Below are positions 21,386 through 33,668 of a stretch of DNA of 64,000 nt, piece by piece. The position numbers and the translations under genes were made by a program. The stretch is taken from positions 19,468,001 to 19,532,000 of the forward strand of contig OZ076414.1 in assembly GCA_964187785.1 (NCBI GenBank). The letters are read 5' to 3'. Positions within the stretch are counted from its first letter, which is position 1. Each line of letters starts with the position of its first letter. This stretch comes from Amphiscolops sp. MND2022. Its lineage: Eukaryota. The notes under the pieces were generated by a model. It did not search any database. It was not told the DNA's origin and worked only from the letters and a program-made list of their open reading frames with translations.

Positions 21386-24300
21386 AAACGCCACGCCTTA
21401 GCAATCGAAACGCCCAAATAACAGAAAAACCACAAGATGACTGGCAGCATCAAGTGGAAACCATAAATATACAACTCAAACAACTCACCACAGAACCAGA
21501 ATACACACCCCAAACACATAATCACTCCGACAACGATGAACCTCCACAGGAATCATACTATGAACTTATGAGAGATGCTCCTGATAAGTATTTTTCAGAC
21601 AATACTCAAACCCCCCCCTCTACCTACAGATAAACCACCAGCAAATGAACACCCGAGTACTTTTTCTTGCAATGAATAAAAACAACCCCTTCTAGATGAA
21701 GATATCCCAAACCACATCCAGTTTGATCAGGAACGCAACCTGTCATATCTACCTATGTCAACCTCGCTAACATTGAAACGAAAACGCCATATGTACTATA
21801 TGCAATGGACTTCGAAAAACTCACACTTGACGGACTCATCGACACAGGAGCCCTGACTAGTGCAATCTCCGAACAAGACCTTAACAAAATCAAATTAATT
21901 GCAAATGAAGCAATAAAAGATACTGGCCCCCCACCAAACTTTCAAATTATGGTGGCTAACGGTCAATTAGAAGTACCCATCGGCACAGTTTTACTTGAAT
22001 TCGAAGTGGCTGATTTCATGTTACGAGAAAATTTCATTATCATGAAAAACCTACCAAACCCACTCATTGGTCTCTGCTTTCTCCGCAGAAACAATGCAGT
22101 TTTTGATGTCACACAAGGCATCCTAACTTTCCCATACCTCTCAAAGCAACTAAAACCAGATACGCAGGTAACAATGCGTCAAGCAACGCCTTTATTTGCT
22201 GAAAATACATACACACTACAACCAGGTGAAACCCTCGCCATAGCAAGCAGAATGCCCCACCTGTTAGACCATGATGCAACAGGAATAGTCACACCTTCTC
22301 CACAATTCGAAAGCCACGACAGCATTTTCATCACATCGTCACTTAGTACGGTTAACAATAATGCTATCGGGTACCAAATAGTCAACTTCTCAGAACTTCC
22401 ATATACAATAGTTTGCGACACCCATTTAGCAGACTTCAAAATCCTCACACCAGAACAAATCAAACATATACAACCTGTAGATCCAGCGATGTTGTCATTC
22501 ATGATACAGCATGAAGAAACCACCGAAATCTACATAAATGAATTACTGAAAGTTCCTTCACAAAATCCCGAACAAGAGTCTTATTGGTTCCCAACACCAG
22601 AAGATCCAGGAGACCCTACAACCTATACCCCAATCCAACAACGAATCTACAATGAACTCCTTGAGCTTAAAGAACTCGAACAACTCAACCCACAAGAAAG
22701 TGAAAAATCCAGGAAAACTTTCCTTTCGAATTTCGACTGGACCGACACAACGCTCAACCCAGAAGAACAGAAACAAATTGAAGAAATCCTCATTGAATTC
22801 CATGACATTTTTGCCAGACATCGATTCGACATTGGCACCAATCGTGAATTTAAGGTTAAGCTTACACCAAATGATGACCGACCAGCATACAGTCAAAGTT
22901 TACCAACACCAATCAACCTTAAAGATGACATTACGGTAGAACTAGCACTTCTACACAAATATGGAATCATAACAACCCTACCTTTCTCAAAATACGCTAG
23001 TCCAATTTTTGCACAACGCAAACCGACGGACGCCTCAGACTACTAGTGGATCTTAGAAAAATCAACAACTTAATCACCGAAGACTACATCAACAATAACC
23101 ACCCGGTAAGCACATTATCGGATGCAGCACAACATATGGCAGGAAAGAAACTTTTCTGCAAATTAGACTGCTCCCAAGCTTACCACTGCTTCCAAATGGC
23201 AGACTACCAATCTATCCAGATGCTTGCTTTCAACTTCGCAAGCCGAACTTTTGCTTACCGCAGACTCGCTCAAGGGCTTAGCAGATCTCTTTCAGCCTTC
23301 TCAAGCTTCATGAGGGAGTACCTTGACAAGGCGATCAAGGCCGACCAATGTGCACAGTACGTTGATGACATTGGTATAGCAGCAAATGACTCAAAACAAC
23401 TATGCGCCAACATCAGGACGGTCTTTGAATGCATCCGAAATGCTGGTTTAAAACTCACAATGTCCAAATGTCATTTCGGAGTTAAACAAGTCGACTTCCT
23501 AGGCCGAACAATTACACCCAAAGGCGTGGCCCTTCAAGCTGATAAAGTCAAAGATTTCTTATCGAAATTGAGATTCCCTAAATCCAAAAAAGCACTCCAA
23601 AGGTATATAGGATTCCTAAACTATTACCGCAATTACATCCCGAGACTCTCTGAACGTCTCTCTCCATTCTTTAAACTCCTTAAAGAAACCTCCAAATTCT
23701 ATATACCCACTAATTTGGTCGAAGATTTCACCAACCTCAACAAACTTCTCGAAAACTCATGCTAATTAGCATTGAGACAACCCCTTAAAGATAAACAACT
23801 CATAGTAATGTCTGATGCAAGCTTCACAGCAGCAGGATATGCTATCATGATAGAAGATGATCCCAACCAAAAACTCCAGTCCAAACGCAAAACCTATGCA
23901 CCCATAGCATTTGGTTCGAAAACATTCAACCCAACACAAACAAAATTATCGATCTATGCGAAAGAATTCCTTTCCATCTACTTTGCTTTTGTCGAATTTG
24001 GACACCTTATGTGGGGGAGTACATTCCCCATCATAGTGTTCACAGACAACAGAGCGGTTACCCGCTTTTTTCAAGCAAAACTTATTCCTCCAGCACTCTG
24101 GAATGCATGTGATTATGTCCTGCAATACAATTTTGTCATTGCCCACGTTGCTGGTTCAATGAACACTGCGGCGGATTTCTTGTCCAGAACGGAAGTCAAC
24201 CCAGTCGAAAAACTTGAAATGAGCATAAGAAACGATATACAAACGAAAGCGATAGAAGTCAATATACAATCCTCAGGTATCGTAGAAGAAGAACAAATTT

Positions 24301-26250
24301 ACATCCTCCCTGATGATGAATTTGATGAAAACAAACTTTGGGAGGAAAAACAAAACGTGAGAGATCAGGCTCAAACTGAAACTCACAATGGCCCAGAAAA
24401 AAATGTTACTGAACTTCAACAATTTCACAAACCAACATCCGGCTTAAACACATGCTCTGAAGGACATTTCCGAGACAATGCCAGGATCAGACTCGAACAA
24501 AACAATGACATTGTTCTTAGAAATCTCAGAGCTAAAATCGAAGGAAACCCTTTCGATGAAAACGACTTGGCATCTGACTACAGATACCAACATTACCTCC
24601 AAAACATAACCAGAATTGAAATCAAGCAAGAGGTTCTTACTCGCAAATACTACACAGACACTGGAACCACTTCGCATTATCAAATTTTGCTACCAACACA
24701 ACTCCTAGAAGAACTACTTCAAGCCTTACATGGCCACAACTCAAACCATCCAGGTATCACAAAGATAATACAGGAGGTGAGGCAGAAATACTACTACCCG
24801 TGTGTTGCAAAATACATTAAAAAATGGGTGACTAATTGTCAAACCTGCATACAAACCAAAAGGATCAATAATGACCTCCTCAGGACCGAACTACTTAGTT
24901 GCCCAGAATGGGACCTCGGCCCCGAAGACATTCTCCAAATGGACATCCTACCAAACCTTCCACCCAGTGGTGGATACGACCACATTATAACAGCAATTGA
25001 TGTTTTCTCGCGATACTTGTTTGCTTACCCAGTGACTCGTATTACTGCAACATCAGTCGCTCGAGTAATAATGGACATTTTATGCAAACATACATACCTT
25101 CCAACAACACTAATCACAGACCTTGGAACACAATTCAATGCCCAAGTAACCAACGAAGTAACAGCAGTCCTAGGTGTTGAGATTAAACATGCAACAATGA
25201 AACACGCTCAAACAATAGGACTCCTGGAAAGAACACATGCTTCAGTAAAAACCCAACTTAAAGCAGCAACTGGAGAATTCCGACATAACTGGCATAAATT
25301 TCTACCGTTAGCGGTTCTAAACCACAACACAACATATCACGCATCGCTTGGTTGCGAGCCTTCACGAGTTTTTCACGGCCGCATACCACATAACATACTG
25401 GACTACAAGTTAGGATATAATCCTAATCCAAAATACTAGCCGCAAACTGATGTCGCAGAAGAAATACAACGAAGAATGCGAATATTACTAGACCAGACCA
25501 AAAAGAACATAATGCAATCCTATCTTAAATATAAAGCTTATTATGATAGGAAGGCCAAGGCCTCACCGCTGGAAACAACGGACTACTGCTACATTCTTAA
25601 TCCGAAGGCCGACACACAGGCAACGAAAATACCATTCCGTGAATTCAGATGGCAGGGTCCTTACAAGGTTGAAAAAGTCCTTCCTAACAACAATTACATA
25701 GTTAGGAGACTAGGAACAAACAAAACACAACTCTTACACCGAATTCGGTTGAGGAAATTTACACCGCACGCACCTTTAGCTGACATTTTTGACCGAGAAT
25801 CCGATTGGCAAAAAAAATGATCAAATGCCAGTGGCTCATGATGACTTATATGCTCAATCATGGAACACAAATTTTGGACCTAATCCCTTCGAGGACAGCC
25901 CTCCGGATCATACACAGAACACTGATGATATTGAATACGTATCTGTTGATGCACCTGAAAATAACCACCCTCCCTCCCTCGAATTTCCAAAAAACAGTGG
26001 GGCGAGCCCAGTGGAACAGTCCACTGAACGCAAAGAAGAAAATTATGATGAAATCCAGCAAGAAATCCAAGATAATGATACAGAAACCTCCAAAAAACCC
26101 CAAAAGAAAAGACACCAGATACACAAACCCAAAAAACTCCAGAAAATTTACAAAATACCCCTTTGCAAGAAGAACCCATAAATACTCGTGGTGAAAAATA
26201 CAACTTACGCCCTAACCCTAACCCAAACTTCTCAGACTCGTACACATATT
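21386..26250 (+). pseudogene. pol: pol (protease, RT, RNase H, integrase) with several stops and frameshifts
   Basis: LIDTGA; KLDCSQAYH and YVDD; VMSDASF; HGHNSNHPG...CQTC with QMD/TDLG/ERTH. In-frame stops at 23763 and 25437; shifts near 21620, 21803, 23040 and 25815. Right end approximate. Confidence 0.95.
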
Positions 26251-26437
26251 AAAAAATACAAACAAATAACACTTTTTCAGTACCCCTCTTCAATTCGGGA
26301 GTCCTTGTTTTTTTCTTTTCAATAAGCAAGTACGCTCCTGACAAGTAAATAATGGAACGACTTACTAAATCACAAATAAATACAAAATGTGATACAAATA
26401 ACTAAAGTTCAATCAAACAATAAGTTGAATTCCAACG

Positions 26438-29400
26438 TTAGTTTTTCTTCGACTTAAAAGACTTTGGCTTGGTGGCTGCAACAGACTCACTAGAATCGTC
26501 TTCAGAGCATCGGGCAACGGACACGCTAAGTCGCCCAAGGGAGGGCCCAGGAGAAGGAGTACTGGCATTACTGGTCGATCTACTGAGACTAGGAGTGGTC
26601 ACACCAGACTCTACAACAACTTTCTCAGCTTGTAGGACAGATCTCTTGTAGGCAGCTTCAAGTTTGCCCCGTAGAGCAGTTCTTCGCGAGCCACTACTCT
26701 TGAGGAAATTCCAAATTGAAAATTTTTTGTCAATCAACAAGTCCTGACCTCTGCCCAACAAGCCAAATGCTCGCCCAATTGAACGCTGATCTCTGTACAA
26801 ACTGGAAACATGCGGAACGCTCAAGTAAGATTGCTGCAGACTAGTCACGCACGATCGGAACATCTCTTTATCAGATGATAATGTTGGGACTGGCACTTCA
26901 AAATGATCAACTTTGCCAACAATAGGAGGCAAGCAGAGACAAGCGTAACGAAACAAATGAAGCAGGTCCGGTCGACTTTGCATTTCATAATGTGAGGCAA
27001 GGTATTGCACCCAATTGTCGTCCTTAACCACAGAATCAGCCCGCAATTTGGTAGCCAGAGAACGATATTGGCTGACACACTTGACTTTATCGCTAGGAGA
27101 AAGCCATCCTGAATTAACGAAATAGGTTGTGAGCTTTTCCACTGCACTAACGTAGTGCCTCTCTGGTCCTTCTACCATAACAGCAAAATCGAATGACGAC
27201 AATCCTCTAATCAGATTTGAATTGACAAGCTCATGTTTCAGCAGAATTTTGCAAAACGATTTGCAAAATGCAATCGATTGATCAATGAATTTGCCCGGCC
27301 GGGGCAATTTGCTAGCGATCACTAAATTATGATAGTCAACATTCAAAACCAATTCCGAAGCAGTTTTGAAGGGAAGGTCGGTTCGATCCAAATCAAGGCA
27401 CAAATAATTGTCCCAATCAGAAATGCTTCCCAAAGTTTGATCGGGTAGAATATTCTGCAGTTGGCAATACAGAAACACAGCAAACTTGTTGAAAAGTCTA
27501 AATCCACTATGCATTTGACCTTCCAATTCGGAGAAAGCTGAATTATCTAAAACAAACAACATGGAATCCAGTTAAACATTCCCCTGAAGTCAGATATACG
27601 AAAAATACAACAAGAAGAACGTCGAAAAGATATACTATACACTATTCTCCATGTTGATTTACGAAGAATATACGTCATTAGAAGGAAATTTTTATCAAAT
27701 ATACGCCATTACACACTTTAAGCTATGCCGAGTATACGTTATTATACGGATCTCGCTGCAAAGCTTATACCAACACGTGTATAAATACTATACGTCAAAG
27801 TACAGGAAGAAAGATGGTGAGTGTACGTCATTATACGCATCTTACAAGAAAAGGTATGACGTCAACGATTGGAATGAATTGTAATGTCTATACGCTATCA
27901 TGCGGAATGAGGCGTGATGACTATACGTCATTATGCGGATGCAGCAGTATGAAGGACGAGTCACAATGGTAATGCATCATTATACGGAATAAGGTGTGAT
28001 GACTATACGTCATTATGCGGATACAGTAGAACGAAGAACAAGACATCAATGGGATGCATCATTATACGGAACGAGCTATAAAAACTATACGTCATTATGC
28101 GGTTTCAGCATGACAGAGAGCAAATTACGGCGTCGTTACACAGAACGAGTTACAATGACCATACGCCATTATGCGGAATACGAATAACTTTACGAAGCTA
28201 GCTTGTAATGCTAAACTAAAAGGAAGATGCACATATATGCAGATTAATCTGGAATGATTACGCTGAAATATGCGGAATTAGCCTTAGAAAAGCAAAAATT
28301 GCAGTGTTTTGTTCGCACCGGACAAAGCAGGGCAGTAGTAACTGTCAAAGCAACAAAATGTGGAAAATGAGACGCAACTACTAGGAATTAGGAAAGAAAT
28401 TGGACGTTGGGAAGTTAACACACATAATATGCAAAAAGTTAGTCAGGTTAACAAAACTGTCCCGAAAAGACTAAATATATAAAGACAACTCACAATGGTC
28501 AATCACACATCGTATGATGAATAGTCGGGCCAGGTAGGCTGTGTCCAGCTTAAAACATTCATCAAGGGTGTTTGGCTAAAAGCAGTGGGGAATGAAATAA
28601 AGTGAAACTCGGACTTTTGTAATACGTGATAAAGAAAACCGACCTCTCTCATGTGGAAGCGATAAATTGGAAGTCGCGAAACCTGATTGAGATGCTGCAA
28701 CACATGGTCCCAGTTCGCAGAAAGCTGTTCAATAATGATGGACGCCTCATGGAGCGAGTAGTTGAGTGTGATGACACACTAAAAACGAAAAATTGGTATT
28801 ATTTTCAGTATACTAACCAAGACAAATGCTCTCAGGAAAATACCAACTTTGTGTAAGGTCGGCAATGAGTGGAGCCAGTCTCGATCGAGAGCTGTACGAA
28901 GCTTCATCAGGAGGTAGTCGAGTATCGACCGGAAGTCGTGCCTCTCGATAATTTGGGTTGTGGGCTTTTCAAGAGACTTTTCAAAATCAGCAGGTCCATA
29001 TGTTTTGACAACTTTCGGTCTTCGGTTCCCGGGCAGTGTCGAAGCCAAGCAATTGCCTAATTTGTTTCCACCCCCAAGGACACTGATGCAAGAAGGAGGT
29101 TGCTCGAGTAGGCTCAGAAACGATGAAATTAAATCCAAAATGCGTCGGGGAATCAAAACCCCTCGGGGGCTAGTACCGATGCAGACACGGTAGAGTACAT
29201 TTCCTGTCCAGAAGCACACGAAGAGACGAACGTGAGTTGGGTCATGCTGGAAGATGATTGAATAGACCCCAGAAGATGAAATTGCAGTCACGCAATAATT
29301 TACCAGCTCTCGAAACGTGTACACCAAGATTCCCTGGGAACAAAATAAAACTCAGAAACTCAAATGACAATTTGATCATGGGTAGAATTTCCTGGTTGAG

Positions 29401-31192
29401 AACGCTAACTTAAACTGGAAAGTAGGAGAATTTACTTACAAAAATGCGATGTTCGCTCCAGTTGAGTGATGTAGCTTGTTGAACACTCGGGAGGTGTCGT
29501 ACCAACTCATCATGGACTCCAGTCAGACTATTTAGATGGCCTCCAAACCGCAACCCGAACTCAAGGATGCAAATTTGCGACAGAACTTCTTCGGAAGGGC
29601 TGGTATGACTGGCTAAATCAGGTACTGAGGTTTGGTCTACCAAGGGCCGGCAAGGATCCAGTTGTGGCGCAATCGGGTAGTTGTCTTTCGCCTTTCTTTT
29701 AGCCTCGCTGAGAGGCACCCCTTGCAGTTCTTTCTCTTCCCGATCGAAGAGTGGCATTCCAGGAATTTCCATGCGAATCCTGTGTTCCTTTACTAAGTGG
29801 CCCTCAGTACGGTAGTGGGACATTAATTCTAAAACCCCTCTGCTCATAAGGGATAACTCCACTTTGCAGACCCTACACCACCATTTGTAGGGTGTTTTCT
29901 CCTTGTCAAGGGGCCCAGTAGCCGAAAACTTTAAGACAGGATGTTTCCTGAACATATGGGTTTTCAGGGAGTATTTAGGTCTTTGCCTTTTCCCTCGTAC
30001 AAAAGAAGATCCAGCTGTTGGAGGGTAAGGCACCATAGGCAGCTCGGAACTGTTTGCTGCATTGGGATTGGGGACAATCGTTGTGTCTCCTTGGTTCCCC
30101 ACGGGTTCGTTTGTGACCATTAATGAAATCGGTCGGTCCCACTCGGCTTCCTCACCATGCAGAAGAGCAGGAGGTAATCGGTCTAGTACCCTAGACAAGG
30201 CAAGTATCTCATTTCTCGTGATGCTGATTCTCCCTGGATTCACTTGAGGCATCATCTCTCCTTCATCGATCACAAGGTTTTCAGTCGGGGTATTAGTAAG
30301 ATTAGCTTGAGCAATTGGTTCCGGTTCAGCAATATGGTGAGGAGGGGAGGTTATCTCTTCTTCGTGAGAACGATCAAGGATGTAACGACTAAAAGGAGAA
30401 GACATCATGTGGGAACTTCCAGCTGCCATAATCACTTCCAGCTGTTCTTGGGATATTTCCCCAGGAAATAAATCCATTGCAGGTGGAGGAGGAGTGTCAC
30501 AACTTTGAGTTTGAGTGTTCTCGCTTTGTTCTGCTCCGAGGGGCTGTTCTACGTGATGCTCAATCCCTTCACAAGTTTGATGGAGCACAACTACCGACGA
30601 ATCATCGTCTCGCACGACAGAATCTGGCACCCCTTCTTCTGCTGGGGGATCTTTTGGGACGAGAGTTTTCTCTGCAGTAGAATGGGGCAATACAGACGTG
30701 GAAGGACCAGGATTGTTTGTCTGGATAGCTGGGGAAATGACTTCCAATGGGGTATATATCTTGGTAGGGGATCTTCCAGGAGACCTCTCTGTTGCTCCAA
30801 GTTCGACTAAAACAATCAAACCGTCACCGTCTGAGTAAATCGGACTGGTTTCAAAACAAATGATCTCTGTTTTAGCATTACCGGAAAAGAAAGCGGAAAT
30901 ACAGCTAATTCGGAAGTCACAAAACCCGAACCGGAAGTTGATAAGCTTCCGCGAAGAGAAATTTAGCTATTGTAGTACTCTAGCTTCAAAATAGATGTTA
31001 GCCCGGCCAGCTTTTCATCTTTTAAAAATTACCGATCGGAAAAAAATTGGACAGAAACAAAATTCACTCGAAAGAGTAAAATGAGTCAAACTTACCAGGA
31101 GTAGCGGTAGTCGGAGATTTGTAGCCCCAAGAAGTGAAGTGTTTACGAGACAGCATATCCTGCCGGGATTTCCGCCTTGAATTAGAATCCAT
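26438..31192 (-). CDS. Antisense 5-exon gene inside the LTR element: BED-finger, hAT-transposase-like protein of about 1,076 codons, with one in-frame TAA at 27574-27572
   Basis: Exons 31192-31096, 30806-29440, 29333-28848, 28778-28644 and 27583-26438. All introns are GT-AG with matching phases (1,0,0,0). BED-like WWCRVCKVELSLMSRGVLELMSHYRTEGH; the C-terminal YRSL...WVQYL...RPDLLHLFRYACLCLP resembles the hAT dimerisation region. Confidence 0.7.
27660..28200 (+). repeat. Dispersed array of a TATACGTCATTATGCGG-like motif
   Basis: About 10 degenerate copies, for example near 27921, 28003, 28085 and 28160; lies mostly in intron 4 of the antisense gene. Confidence 0.75.
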
Positions 31193-31199
31193 CTCTCGA

Positions 31200-32618
31200 A
31201 CAAATGAGTGTAAAGGGTGTTGAAAGTACAATAAATAATTCAGAATGGTAACAATTAAATACGGGAGTTAAAATGAGTGAAGAATTGAAATTAAATTTAG
31301 GATCCTTGGATTGAGGGGAGTACGAGAAAAGACTAAATAACTGGAAACTAACTATGATATACGACGAAAAGACTGATTAAAAAAGTTTAAAATTAAACAG
31401 ATTGCAGAAACTGGTGAAATAATCAAAGGCGTGGCGTAACAAAACGAGGCAAAGAAGCAAATGAAACATGTATTTATTGAATATGCTTGTTCAAACTGAA
31501 CGTTGATTGGTCAATTAAAATGTCATTCACCACTGCCAGGGTGATAGATTGGTTAATTGACAGCCGCAAATCACTTCCTACTTATGCGCAAAGCAGAGAT
31601 GGTTAGATGACGTAATATATAAACTTCAATACATACAAGCACGCGGCAGTATACGATTTAAGCTGTGACGAACATACGTCAGTATACGAACTACAGGACA
31701 AGAGTGAGCGTCAACGCCCATACCAAGCAATGATGAGCATACGGCATTATGCGGAATTACCATAGCCACGTGCAATACAATTTACAGAGCTACATGAGAT
31801 TATGCGTCAACATGCGGATCAACTGCAGATGATTATACTGTAATATGCGGATTCACAAAGTGGTTACGCGGTAATATGCGGAATTACCATAGCGGAGTAT
31901 AAAGAGGTATTCTGAACCACACGAACGGCAACAGAACAGACCGAACAATTATGTTACGTAATACGATGCACGATAGCCACACACAACGGTGTTAGAGTGG
32001 GTATTGGAAAGAAACGAAAAGTGACTGGTTACTCAATGGCAATGGACAACTCCCCCAAACGATTACTGATTACAATGCGCTTTTAAAGTAAAACTTACAA
32101 ACAAAAACGTATAAACTGATGTTTTTTTTCAATATGGTTGCTTGAATTTTTAGTTTCGAACATCTTGTTGGGAAAACTGAATTTTAGTCATGTAAGATGA
32201 TTATATGTTCCTTTTATACTATATTTTCATATAACGGAAGGAGAGTCTTGTAATCCTTTGATGATGATCATAATTTTGTTTGTTAGCTATTAAACTAAAT
32301 GAAACACCGCCAAAAAGTTGAGGTGAAGAAGACATCATCCTGAGAATAGCCTTAAATGGAATTTGTTTACCTTGAGTTACAAGGAATCACGACAATTTTC
32401 TTGAATCCAAATCCTAGCGTCAGGGTAGAGACCAAATAAGGAAGCAGTGAAAACCTGAGAATCATGACACTCAACTTTTTCGCGGGTTTTTGTCGAAGAA
32501 AAGGGAGAACTGAAAAAGATATCACCATATGGTCTACAATACTTTAAAGTTCAGTTGTCTCTAATTTCAAAACTTTGCCTTTTGCTGATCCTTAATTCAT
32601 AAATACATCTTCAAAATA
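31200..32618. promoter_or_regulatory. Putative internal bidirectional promoter
   Basis: Lies between divergent starts (31192 minus, 32619 plus). ATTGG boxes near 31506 and 31549, TGACGTAA plus TATATAAA near 31609-31623, and ATATGCGG-type motifs at 31670-31890. Confidence 0.4.
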
Positions 32619-33668
32619 ATGAATCCAACAGAATCTAACATCACTGAAGATCTGGGTTACTCGCCCATTTCCCCTGATGTGATCGATATATCAAGCGAGT
32701 CCGGAGAAGAATTTGTCGTGGAACCTGGCAATATCGCACAACTAAATGAAAGATTTAGAATCAACACTATGGGATCTAATATCATGGCCGCTTTTGTGGG
32801 ATCAGCGACAGCCGCTTTGTTCCCTCCTTCGAACTCAGTCGATCGACAAGGGCCCATTGATATCGCTGGCACCACTATTGAAAGGGAGATCATGGAGTTG
32901 ATTGAAGAAAGTCCACTTTCGCCTTCTTCTTCCTCCTTGTCTTTCATAGACTCAGAATTTGAAGAAGTGGACATGTCGCCGAGAGACTCCACCGGAGCAT
33001 CAGAAAGACAGTTAAACAATTACGGGCGACCCGTCGCTGCTATTTTGCCTACGCCTAGGATTCCCAGACAACAATCAAATGAGATGATCAGACCAATACC
33101 AACATACCCACTGAACTTCTCACAAGAATCTTCCAATTTTCAGCAAATCAATACAACGAATGACCAAGGGATTACAAATCCTTCAGCGTACGAAGCAGGT
33201 GGTACACATTCACAAAATGCATTCGTGTCAACAGAATCGCAATACCCAGCTGTAGGGGACATCACACCCATGGTAATACATTTGCCCCCTAGATCTATGG
33301 TGGATGTTTCTGCCAATTTTATTGGCCCATCTCAACAAGTTACCCAATTTGGATTCCCATTCAACATCCTACATTGCCCCAACGTTCCTGCGATGGTCGC
33401 CAACGAAGGACAAATCTTCCGGCTGTTTCCCACGGTCATGCCCAACGTTTCCGAATACTGTCATTGGTGTGGTCGCACTTTCGATCAAATTGCGTTAGAG
33501 ACCCTCGGGGACTATCTTGGAGCAACTGCCTATGATGGGGAAACAGTCAGAGATCGTGGAGTGAGGTCGAGAGCTTTCATCGACGGTTTTGAAGCTGCGT
33601 TGTTTATCTTTAAAAACGCAGGACTGTCGCAGCCCCAAAGATGCGATGGGTCCGGAGTGCATCAGTAA
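32619..33668 (+). CDS. Accessory ORF X (349 aa) in the env position, ending 44 nt inside the 3' LTR
   Basis: Intact ATG-to-TAA ORF. N-terminal VIDISSESGEE, Ser/Pro-rich middle, CHWC near the C-terminus; no signal peptide or transmembrane segment visible. Confidence 0.8.
   Translation: MNPTESNITEDLGYSPISPDVIDISSESGEEFVVEPGNIAQLNERFRINTMGSNIMAAFVGSATAALFPPSNSVDRQGPIDIAGTTIEREIMELIEESPLSPSSSSLSFIDSEFEEVDMSPRDSTGASERQLNNYGRPVAAILPTPRIPRQQSNEMIRPIPTYPLNFSQESSNFQQINTTNDQGITNPSAYEAGGTHSQNAFVSTESQYPAVGDITPMVIHLPPRSMVDVSANFIGPSQQVTQFGFPFNILHCPNVPAMVANEGQIFRLFPTVMPNVSEYCHWCGRTFDQIALETLGDYLGATAYDGETVRDRGVRSRAFIDGFEAALFIFKNAGLSQPQRCDGSGVHQ

Noticed and set aside
20356-27574. RIP/APOBEC-like hypermutation, since the stops look like C-to-T changes
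   Set aside because: Transition-derived nonsense codons mostly come from CAA/CAG/CGA anyway, and the LTR-LTR differences show no obvious bias.
32619-33668. ORF X as an envelope gene
   Set aside because: No signal peptide, furin site or transmembrane anchor is visible.
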